Of a DNA stretch of 64,000 nt, positions 56,987-64,000 are shown in pieces (positions within the stretch are counted from its first letter, which is position 1; each line of letters opens with the position of its first letter). The notes beneath the pieces are model-generated. The model worked only from the letters and a program-made list of their open reading frames with translations. It was not told where the DNA came from and made no database searches. The DNA lies in assembly GCA_034408745.1 (NCBI GenBank), contig JAWXCM010000206.1, forward strand, positions 6,326 to 70,325, written 5' to 3'. The DNA is from Bryobacteraceae bacterium. Lineage in GTDB: Bacteria > Acidobacteriota > Terriglobia > Bryobacterales > Bryobacteraceae. Both the position numbers and the translations under genes were made by a program.

Positions 56987-57994
56987 CTACCTTACGATCT
57001 GGATCGGCGCGCTGAGAACCTCTTCGTGGAACTTGTCGCACCCAACGCACAGGTTCTGGTATTCGCGACCCGACGGCAGAACGGTGCGCGACTTCTCGAG
57101 GAACCGCTCCACGCTCCAGCCGTGCGTCAGCCCCATGCGTTCCGGCTTGCCCGCGTTGATGGCCTCATATATCGGGTTCCCGACGTGCGCATCGAGGATG
57201 TCGTCGAGCCCCGTTGTCAACAGCGATCCTTTCAGCGGCAGACGCGTCTTGATGCAACACGGGAACACGTTGCCCTCCGGGTCGATGGATACTTCCGACC
57301 CCTTGTACCGACGCTCCAGGAAGTTGCGTCCACCTGACCAGGCGTTGCAGAAATTATCGGTGAGAGTGGCCGTCGAGAGCTCATTCGCCTGCGCCCTCCC
57401 GCGCGGCCAGAGTTTGCCGATCCACGAGCCCGGCGTTGCCCCGAAGAAGTGGAAGTATCGCTGTTCGGGCACACGCTCCGGAGCCGACACCCACTCCAGC
57501 AATCCTTCCGCCTGAAACCAGGCCGTGAGCTTCTGCTTGTGGGCTTCGCGAACCGCTTCTTCTTCGTAGCCCTCATGGAATGCGTCAATCCCGGATACCG
57601 AGATCACCTCGACACCGTGTTCGAGCATCTCGCCAATCAGTCGCGGCGTGAGCAGATCTCCGGTGGTCTGCACGATAAGCTCGACGCCACCGTTGTGCTC
57701 GTACTTCGCGCGGATCTGGCGCAGGGCAGGGTAGAGGATCGATTCCCGAATGGCTGGCAGCATCACCTCGCCTCCGGCAAGAATGATGCGTCCACGACGC
57801 TCCGCCATTCCGGCGTCGAGGTCGACGAATGACATTCGCTCCGGCAGGTTCGCGATGATGAGCGGTACGTTGCGCGAAGCCGTTTCCACCTGCCGTTCGA
57901 GATCCGCGCCGTAGTAGGGATGGAACCGCTCGTCGTAGCAGTGAGCGCAGGTTCGGTGGCAGGCCCAGGTCAGTACAAAGTAGATCGATTCCAT
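56987..57994 (-). CDS. Radical SAM enzyme with a Cys-rich (SPASM/twitch-like) C-terminal region
   Basis: The ATG at 57994 gives MESIYFVLTWACHRTCAHCYDE, a CX3CX2C motif. The C-terminal cysteines are FCNAW, VSIDPEGNVFPCCIK and LCVGCDKF. It starts 1 nt after the ATPase stop. The 46-aa extension in the ORF track was rejected. Confidence 0.8.
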   Translation of the reverse strand: MESIYFVLTWACHRTCAHCYDERFHPYYGADLERQVETASRNVPLIIANLPERMSFVDLDAGMAERRGRIILAGGEVMLPAIRESILYPALRQIRAKYEHNGGVELIVQTTGDLLTPRLIGEMLEHGVEVISVSGIDAFHEGYEEEAVREAHKQKLTAWFQAEGLLEWVSAPERVPEQRYFHFFGATPGSWIGKLWPRGRAQANELSTATLTDNFCNAWSGGRNFLERRYKGSEVSIDPEGNVFPCCIKTRLPLKGSLLTTGLDDILDAHVGNPIYEAINAGKPERMGLTHGWSVERFLEKSRTVLPSGREYQNLCVGCDKFHEEVLSAPIQIVR

Positions 57995-57995
57995 A

Positions 57996-58937
57996 TCAAA
58001 ACTCCACTGTATCGGCAGCGTGTACCCGGAGGTGGACCGTCTCACCCGGCACAGCGGTGATGTGGGCGCGCACCAGATGACTGATTCCCACTTCCACCGA
58101 CGCCACCAGGTGTGTCCCAACGTCGCGGACATCCAGAACGCGACCCTCCATGGGAATCCAGCCCTCGGACGGAAAGCCAGTCTCCACTGACTCAGGTCGG
58201 CACCAGACGTCTCCGTTCCAGCGCTGCCAGCCGAACAGGCGCGCGACGGCCGGAGTGGCTGGCCGTGTGTAAAGAACGCGGGCTGACCCTGTCTGAACTA
58301 CGTGGCCGGCGATCATGACCACAATCTCATGAGCCAATTCTGCCGCTTCCTGCTGGTCGTGCGTGACGAACACGGATGTGATGCCGAGAGCGCGCTGCAG
58401 ACTCCGAATCATTTCCCTCATCTCGGCGCGCAGCGATACGTCGAGCGACGAAAGCGGTTCGTCGAGCAACAGCACCCGAGGGCTCACCACCAGAGCGCGA
58501 GCCAGTGCGACTCGCTGTTCCTGTCCGCCGGAGAGCTGATTCACGCGCCGCGGGCCAAAACCGGCGAGGTGCACGCGAGAGAGTGCCTCGGCAACCAGCC
58601 GCGCGCGTTCTTCTGCCCTGATGCCGCGCATCCGCAACCCAAACGCGACATTCTCTGAAACGTTCAGATGCGGGAAAAGCAGGGGCTTTTGGAATACCAT
58701 GGCAGTCCCACGCTTTTCGGCTGGCACAGTATTGACGTCAATGCCGTCGAACTGGATTGTCCCTTCGGCTACCGGGAGCAGACCTGCTATAGTGCGCAGC
58801 AATGTTGTTTTGCCACAGCCTGACGGTCCCAGGACTGCCATCATTTGACCCATCGGCACGTGCATGGTCACGTCGCGGATTATCGGCGAATCCGGACTGT
58901 AGCCAGCACTGACCCCCAGAACTCGGACGGAGGTCAT
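57996..58937 (-). CDS. ABC transporter ATP-binding protein (PotA/FbpC-like, with a C-terminal regulatory beta-domain)
   Basis: Walker A GPSGCGKTT, signature LSGGQEQR and Walker B LLLDEP. 313 aa. Confidence 0.85.
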   Translation of the reverse strand: MTSVRVLGVSAGYSPDSPIIRDVTMHVPMGQMMAVLGPSGCGKTTLLRTIAGLLPVAEGTIQFDGIDVNTVPAEKRGTAMVFQKPLLFPHLNVSENVAFGLRMRGIRAEERARLVAEALSRVHLAGFGPRRVNQLSGGQEQRVALARALVVSPRVLLLDEPLSSLDVSLRAEMREMIRSLQRALGITSVFVTHDQQEAAELAHEIVVMIAGHVVQTGSARVLYTRPATPAVARLFGWQRWNGDVWCRPESVETGFPSEGWIPMEGRVLDVRDVGTHLVASVEVGISHLVRAHITAVPGETVHLRVHAADTVEF

Positions 58938-60094
58938 GCGCGCAGCACCTCAGCCTGCCAGTCGCGTTCGAACTGTATCAGGTAGTCGGCGTGAGGCTCA
59001 GGCAGGGCGTGTGCGGCGAGCCAGCTGTCACTCAAAGTGGCAGCCTCGCGTGGCAGCGCCTCCACCTGCGCTCGGCGTGCCGGGTCGAGTCTTGAGACCT
59101 CGATCGGAAAAGGGGACTGCACCTCTCGTGAGAGCGCAAGCTGAGCGTCGAACGACAGCATATGATCGATTACCGCTTTGGCATCATCTTTGGCGGCAGC
59201 GTTGAACGGAATCGCAAGATAGCTGTAGTTGAACAGCGTGCCCGGCAAGAGCACGAACGTTCGCACGGTGGCAGGGAACTCACCGCGTGCGATTCGGACC
59301 GAGGCGAATGCAGGGTTGTAGTTCATCGAAAGGTCGATCTCATTGTTCGCGAACAGCCGGTCGAGTTCACGCGCCGTGGCGGGGTAAGTCTCGCCTCGCC
59401 GCCACAGGAAAGGCCGGATATCGAGCAGACGTTTCAGCGCGGCCGGCGCGACATCCTCGTAAAATTCCCTGTCGAAGTCAGCAAAGCGGATCCGTTCTCC
59501 GTATGCCAGCAACACATGGCGAATAAAGGCCGATCCGGTGAAGTCGGGTGGCGCCACATAGGTGAAGCGGCCGGGATGCTGCCGCAGCCACGAGAACAGT
59601 CCGTCCAGACCGAGCCCCGCAGGCAACGCGGTCCGCGCCGGATCCCAGGCGAACACAAACTGAGCTTTTTGCCACGGCGCCTCAAAGCCGTCCGTGGGCG
59701 TACCGAAATCGAGCCTGGTGCTGGCGGGGTACAGAGCAATGTTCGACAGCGACTCGGCAAAGGGTCCCCAAAGTATCCCAGCCTGTCTGGCGGAACGAAA
59801 ATTCTCGCCGTTCATCCAGACGATGTCGGCGGAACCGCCCTCGGTGCGTCCGGCATGTTTTTCTGTAATCAGTTTGGTGATGAATTCCGCGGTGTCGGCG
59901 ACGGTAACCAGTCGGAGCCGAATGTTGAAGCGGCGACGAATATCTTCGGCTACCGGCCCACGGAAATGGTGGTTGCGTTCCTCATCGCCGCCCCACATAG
60001 CGAATGCGACCTCGCGCTCGCCGGCTGTCCGGCGCGAGCACGCGGTTGCAACCGCCGCCGCGGGAAGGGTTTGAACGAACGTCCGTCGATTCAT
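58934..60094 (-). CDS. YnjB-like ABC transporter substrate-binding protein
   Basis: The ATG at 60094 gives MNRRTFVQTLPAAAVATACS, a signal or lipobox-like sequence. FAMWGGDEE...VADTAEFITKLITEK...GGSADIVWMNGENFRSARQAG parallels E. coli YnjB as I recall it. ATGA overlaps occur at both ends. The 194-aa Arg-rich extension in the ORF track was rejected. Confidence 0.7.
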   Translation of the reverse strand: MNRRTFVQTLPAAAVATACSRRTAGEREVAFAMWGGDEERNHHFRGPVAEDIRRRFNIRLRLVTVADTAEFITKLITEKHAGRTEGGSADIVWMNGENFRSARQAGILWGPFAESLSNIALYPASTRLDFGTPTDGFEAPWQKAQFVFAWDPARTALPAGLGLDGLFSWLRQHPGRFTYVAPPDFTGSAFIRHVLLAYGERIRFADFDREFYEDVAPAALKRLLDIRPFLWRRGETYPATARELDRLFANNEIDLSMNYNPAFASVRIARGEFPATVRTFVLLPGTLFNYSYLAIPFNAAAKDDAKAVIDHMLSFDAQLALSREVQSPFPIEVSRLDPARRAQVEALPREAATLSDSWLAAHALPEPHADYLIQFERDWQAEVLRA

Positions 60095-60873
60095 GGGTGA
60101 AACGCCCTCGACGCCCATACGGCTGCACCGATTGCGGGAGTGATGAGCACGATTGCCAGGGCGGCCGCGATGCCTTCGTCCCCTCCGCGCTGGAAGGCTG
60201 CGACCTGAAGCGGAACGGTCACCACGCGGCCACCTCCGATCAGCATGGTCGTCAGAAACTGGCTCCACGAGAGCAGGAACGCAAACAGAAAAGCCGCGGC
60301 AAGACCCGGGGCAATTACGGGGAGCGTAACCGACCAGAGTACTCGAGCAGGTGTGGCGCCCAGGGTGCGCGCCTGCAACTCCAGCTCCGGATCGAAGCGC
60401 GCGAAGCTCCCCGTCAGCACCAGAATGGCGTAGGGCAAGGCGGGCACCAGATGCGCCAGCGCGACGCCTGGCACCGTGTCGGCAAGCCCTAACGCAAGCA
60501 TCGTGCGATGCAGTCCCATGGTGGAAGCGAGCGGAGGCGTAAGGAGCGGCAGCATCAGGAACGCAAAGAGGGCGGCGCGGCCCTGGAATCGATGCAAAGC
60601 AATGGCGCGGGCGGCGGGGAAGGCAAGGACCACGGAGACCGCGGCGACCACTAACCCGATGGACGTGCTGTTCCACAGGGCTGGCGCCACTTCGGAATGA
60701 TTCGAAAACACGAAGCTCCAGGCCCGGAGTGTGAAGGCTTCAGGCAGCAGACGCGGCCAGCGCCAGCCCTCGGCAACGGACCATAATCCCAGGAGTAGCA
60801 ACGGGCCAAGGGCGGCGGCGCCTCCCAGCGTGACGGCGATCCACCAGTTCAGGCCGGGCTTAGACTGCCGCAT
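60091..60873 (-). CDS. ABC transporter permease (YnjC-like half)
   Basis: 260 aa with multiple TM helices and a binding-protein-dependent permease layout. It overlaps the upstream permease by 14 nt. Confidence 0.8.
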   Translation of the reverse strand: MRQSKPGLNWWIAVTLGGAAALGPLLLLGLWSVAEGWRWPRLLPEAFTLRAWSFVFSNHSEVAPALWNSTSIGLVVAAVSVVLAFPAARAIALHRFQGRAALFAFLMLPLLTPPLASTMGLHRTMLALGLADTVPGVALAHLVPALPYAILVLTGSFARFDPELELQARTLGATPARVLWSVTLPVIAPGLAAAFLFAFLLSWSQFLTTMLIGGGRVVTVPLQVAAFQRGGDEGIAAALAIVLITPAIGAAVWASRAFHP

Positions 60874-61669
60874 TGCGCCTTCCTGCGAGTGCGGTTCCGG
60901 CCGCCGTCACAACGATGGCTACCAGCGCGCCGAGTACGGCAACGGCGAGGGCCTCCGGGCGGTCCGCCAGCTCGCCTTCCATGAACCGCTTCTGCGCGAC
61001 TACGCCGAGCATCGCCGGGTAAGTGCGCCCCACCAGCCAAGGCACCTCAAAGGCAGAAAAGACAAATGCGAAAACGACCGCGGAACCGGCTCCCAGTGTG
61101 GGAGCGACCAGAGGCAATGTCACGTGCAGGAGGGTTTGCAGCCGTGAGGCTCCCAGCAGGCGCGCCGCTTCTTCCAGACCGCGGTCGAGCCGCAGCAAAA
61201 CGGTAAGGCAGAGCAGGGCGAGGAATGGCGTCTCTTTCACGACATACACCGAGATGATGCCGATCCCCCAGCCGTCGTACAACAACTCCGGGAACGCACC
61301 TTGTGAGGGCAGCAGACCGGCGGCCAGCAGGACTCTCGCGATCAGTCCGCTGGGCGCCAGAAGGTGAATCGCCGCGACGGCGAAGGCGAGGTGAGGCACC
61401 ACAACCACAACCTGCAGCACCATCGCCGAGAGTCGCGGGGCAGTGTGGCGGAAAGCAAGTGCGGCCAGCAGGCCGAGAACGGCTGAGAACAGGGTGGAGA
61501 CCGCGGCGATCCACACGGTCAGCACCAGCGAGGACTGAAATTCCGAACCGCGGAGCACCGATTCGTAGTTAGACAGAGGCAGGCTGCCGGCCAGCGCCAG
61601 AATCAGGCCACCGACAAACAGCAGGGCGATCACAAGTACAGCCGGGGCGGCCAGCCATGCACCTTTCAT
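60860..61669 (-). CDS. ABC transporter permease (YnjC-like half)
   Basis: 269 aa with multiple TM helices. The EAA-like loop is LEEAARLLGASRLQTLLHVTLP. Confidence 0.8.
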   Translation of the reverse strand: MKGAWLAAPAVLVIALLFVGGLILALAGSLPLSNYESVLRGSEFQSSLVLTVWIAAVSTLFSAVLGLLAALAFRHTAPRLSAMVLQVVVVVPHLAFAVAAIHLLAPSGLIARVLLAAGLLPSQGAFPELLYDGWGIGIISVYVVKETPFLALLCLTVLLRLDRGLEEAARLLGASRLQTLLHVTLPLVAPTLGAGSAVVFAFVFSAFEVPWLVGRTYPAMLGVVAQKRFMEGELADRPEALAVAVLGALVAIVVTAAGTALAGRRNAAV

Positions 61670-61689
61670 CGCGAGTCCAGTGTCTCACA

Positions 61690-62192
61690 GAGAAGCGTCG
61701 ATTTCTCCCAGGGAACCCAGCGCGGCTGCCACCGCGGGATCAAAACGCCAGGCGCTCTGACGAAGCACCTCCGCGCGGGCCTGTTCGGGCCGCATTCGGT
61801 CAGCCGGATCGTCGGCGTTCGTGAGCCGGTCAACGTAGCGCGCGGCAGCGGCGATTCTGATCGTTCAGCCGAAACGCGCCGGGCCAGCCGTACCCCCAGT
61901 ATCTGGTCGGCGGCATCGTCTGCGGCCAGGAGATCTACAGTCTGGCGATGCTGCTGGTGGAGGCCGGGCTCGGCGACTGGGTTCTGCGACTGCACGCCAT
62001 TGACTACTCGGACCAGGTGCTGGAATGTGCGCGGGCAGGCCGCTTCCCCGTGAGGACGAAGCAGACGAGGTGGCGCCGACGCTTTCCAAAGGCGGCTGGC
62101 TGCTGCTGGGTGCCGCCGAAACGCTGCTGAACATTCAGTGTCCATTTGAGCGTTGCCAGGCCGCCAGCCAAGTGTTCTACCGGCGCACGTAG
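61690..62192 (+). pseudogene. CheR-type SAM methyltransferase remnant, frameshifted and internally deleted
   Basis: Plus-strand pieces lie in different frames: SVDFSQGTQRGCHRGIK, ...IWSAASS, GQEIYSLAMLLVEAGLGDWVLRLHAIDYSDQVLECARAGRFPV, and the C-terminal LSKGGWLLLGAAETLLN...QVFYRRT followed by a stop. Only about 0.5 kb remains. Confidence 0.55.
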
Positions 62193-63988
62193 CGCCAGTT
62201 TTCGTCGAACAGGCCCGCGGTAGCTGCTTCTATGACGTCGGGCAGTTCGCCGCTGGCCGCGACCCTGAGGATGCCGAAGTCGCCGTAGCGCGGCATGTTG
62301 TAGTCGCCATTGTGCTCGCGATCCGAGAATGTAAAGCCGGTGTTCAGCACCACGTACCGGCCTGGCCCGAGCGGGCTCGGATAGATGAGCGCGGGATAGT
62401 GAGACGCGGCAGGGAACGCCTCGCCGCCGATGGCGACGGTGTCCCTGGTCCACTGCACCGGGAGCTTGCCGAGCAGTTTGGCGATCCACGGATTGCTGCC
62501 TGGGTCGCCGAACAGAACCACGTTGTATTTACGGAAGTCGGCCTCCGTAAGATCGGTATCGTTAACGATCCGCGGATGAGCCCGCATCCACCGTGTGTAG
62601 CGCGTGTCGAAGCGCTCCAGCACCTTGAGCGACTGCTGGTGCACGGCTTCGTTCCACGGCTTTCCGGTGGGTCGAACACAAAGGAACTCGTCGAGGAACG
62701 CGTCCTCAATGGGACCCTGCTGCCCGTGAGTCTTCACCAGTCCGGCCGGGCGTTTCGATGCTGCCACCCTCCAGCCCGCGGACGTGCGCTCGAGGGTCAG
62801 CGCGGGTGATGCCTTCACCGTCAGCTTCTGACCGTCGATTTCCAACTCCCGGGCTTTGGCCGTTTCCGTGAGAGTGAGCCGTGCGATGTTCGTGGTCGCG
62901 ATTCGATAACGGGCTCCAGTCTCAAGACGCTCCGCGTCCACGGTCGAACGCTGGTAGTGATGCTGAAGACCGTCCACCTTCACCCAGTAGTTGCTGTCGT
63001 AACGCGTGGTCCACGTGATGAAGCGAACGCGGTCCGGTGACACGCGCCCTCGGCCGGTCTGCTCCTTCAGCCATGCGTCGAGCCGCTCCCGCACCAGCGG
63101 GCTGGTGCTGTGGCCCGTGTTCTGCGAGATGAGGAACATGGAGCGCGTCCCTTTGGCCTTCAGGTAATCGGGCTCGCCGTCCATGGTGAAGCCCTCCTTC
63201 TCCATCTGGGCTCGCGCGGCCAGAGATGACTCCAGTTGCCCGCGATGCTTGGTTCCCGGAGGCAGCGCCGGCACGCAGCAGGTCTGGGTGTCGGTGTCGC
63301 CGTCGTGTCCGGCAAGCGGGAGATTGAACGCGTTCATAGACCACTCGGGCATGTTCTCGTAGACACGCAGGGTGGCTCGCTGATAGTCGGTCAGGTCCGG
63401 CGTAACGCGCTCCCGCGCGGAGATGGTGCCCGCTCCGATCTCGGCCGCGGCGAACCGGTCGGGGTAATGCAGCGCGATATGCCAGGCGCCCTCGCCGCCC
63501 ATGGAATACCCGCGCAGCACGATTCGGTTCGGGTCGATTTTGTAGCGCTTTGCGACGGCGGCGATGGTCTCGAAGATATCGGCCTCGGCGGCCCAGTGGT
63601 AGCCCGCTCCGTTGCGACGTCCGTAGATGTCCACCTGGATCTGGCCCTGGTCGGCGACGGGCGGCTTCGATACGCCCTTCTTCTCGTAGCCATGCAGGAA
63701 CTCGGCCTCCGTCAGAGTGTTGGCGCGTCCGTGGAGCCACACGTAGAGCGGTACCGGCCTCGCAGGATCGTACCTCTCGGGCAGCGTCAACGTGTACGGC
63801 TGTACGGAACCGTCGATCCGCGAGCGAAAGCCGTGCGCCCGGCGCCGGCCGGCCTGCGCGCTGGTAGCCTGGCTGGCCAGCGAGAGGCCCGATTCCACCA
63901 CCTGAAAAGCACGGTCCATCCCGGCCTGATTGTTGAATTCGTCGGGGAATTCCAGCAGCATTTGCCCGGCTTTCAGGTAAATCTCCAC
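62177..63988 (-). CDS. Alpha/beta-hydrolase (esterase / S9-peptidase-like) with a large extra C-terminal region; 5' end may lie beyond the window
   Basis: The nucleophile elbow is GYSMGGEGAW, preceded by PLYVWLHGR. The frame is still open at nt 64000, and the listed start is GTG. Confidence 0.6.
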   Translation of the reverse strand: MEIYLKAGQMLLEFPDEFNNQAGMDRAFQVVESGLSLASQATSAQAGRRRAHGFRSRIDGSVQPYTLTLPERYDPARPVPLYVWLHGRANTLTEAEFLHGYEKKGVSKPPVADQGQIQVDIYGRRNGAGYHWAAEADIFETIAAVAKRYKIDPNRIVLRGYSMGGEGAWHIALHYPDRFAAAEIGAGTISARERVTPDLTDYQRATLRVYENMPEWSMNAFNLPLAGHDGDTDTQTCCVPALPPGTKHRGQLESSLAARAQMEKEGFTMDGEPDYLKAKGTRSMFLISQNTGHSTSPLVRERLDAWLKEQTGRGRVSPDRVRFITWTTRYDSNYWVKVDGLQHHYQRSTVDAERLETGARYRIATTNIARLTLTETAKARELEIDGQKLTVKASPALTLERTSAGWRVAASKRPAGLVKTHGQQGPIEDAFLDEFLCVRPTGKPWNEAVHQQSLKVLERFDTRYTRWMRAHPRIVNDTDLTEADFRKYNVVLFGDPGSNPWIAKLLGKLPVQWTRDTVAIGGEAFPAASHYPALIYPSPLGPGRYVVLNTGFTFSDREHNGDYNMPRYGDFGILRVAASGELPDVIEAATAGLFDENWRYVRR

Positions 63989-64000
63989 GTCTTCCGAATT

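Noticed and set aside
60095-60676. 194-aa N-terminal extension of the YnjB-like binding protein in the ORF track
   Set aside because: It overlaps the permease gene out of frame and is Arg/Gly-rich. The ATG at 60094 gives a proper signal peptide and an ATGA overlap with the permease stop.
61666-62145. 159-aa minus-strand ORF between the permease and hydrolase genes
   Set aside because: It has no recognisable domain, and the opposite strand carries recognisable CheR motifs. It is best explained as a shadow of the CheR relic.

Overview
GC-rich bacterial chromosome segment. The gene content points to an Acidobacteria / Candidatus Solibacter-like genome: TolB-propeller receptor kinases, a Solibacter-type C-terminal domain protein, CarboxypepD_reg-type TonB receptors and a PEP-CTERM protein. 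This taxonomic call is inference only. Left to right, the window contains: (1) A 15.5-kb head-to-tail array of six paralogous receptor Ser/Thr kinases on the minus strand (kinase, TM helix, TolB-like beta-propeller; 856-16348). Their stop and start codons overlap, and a conserved junction carries the next gene's ribosome-binding site and ATG inside the previous gene's C-terminal WERLW codons. (2) A secreted CHRD-repeat protein. (3) A copper module with cusB-cusA and a convergent Tat-exported multicopper oxidase. (4) A shattered TonB-receptor pseudogene. (5) A glycan-utilisation cluster with a GH63-like enzyme, an SDR, a SASA esterase, an intact TonB receptor, a GH127-like enzyme and a secreted unknown. 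(6) Assorted genes, including an orphan hicB antitoxin and an ABC-F ATPase. (7) A gene-decay zone (frameshifted sulfatase, TonB-receptor fragment) next to a tRNA-Sec (selC) gene that the ORF track cannot show. (8) A GT39 glycosyltransferase, a sigma-54 response regulator, a PEP-CTERM protein and a BON protein. (9) A ParA/TraL-like ATPase paired with an acidic disordered HTH protein. (10) A tight six-gene operon joining a YnjBCD-like ABC importer to a radical SAM/SPASM-like enzyme and a small secreted protein. (11) A CheR remnant and a partial alpha/beta hydrolase. I saw no CRISPR array, transposase or integrase. The most unusual signals are the kinase array with its dual-coding junctions and gene-conversion-like tracts, the selC-adjacent decay zone, and the radical SAM/ABC importer operon. 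All family names come from reading the translated ORFs from memory. No database search was run.
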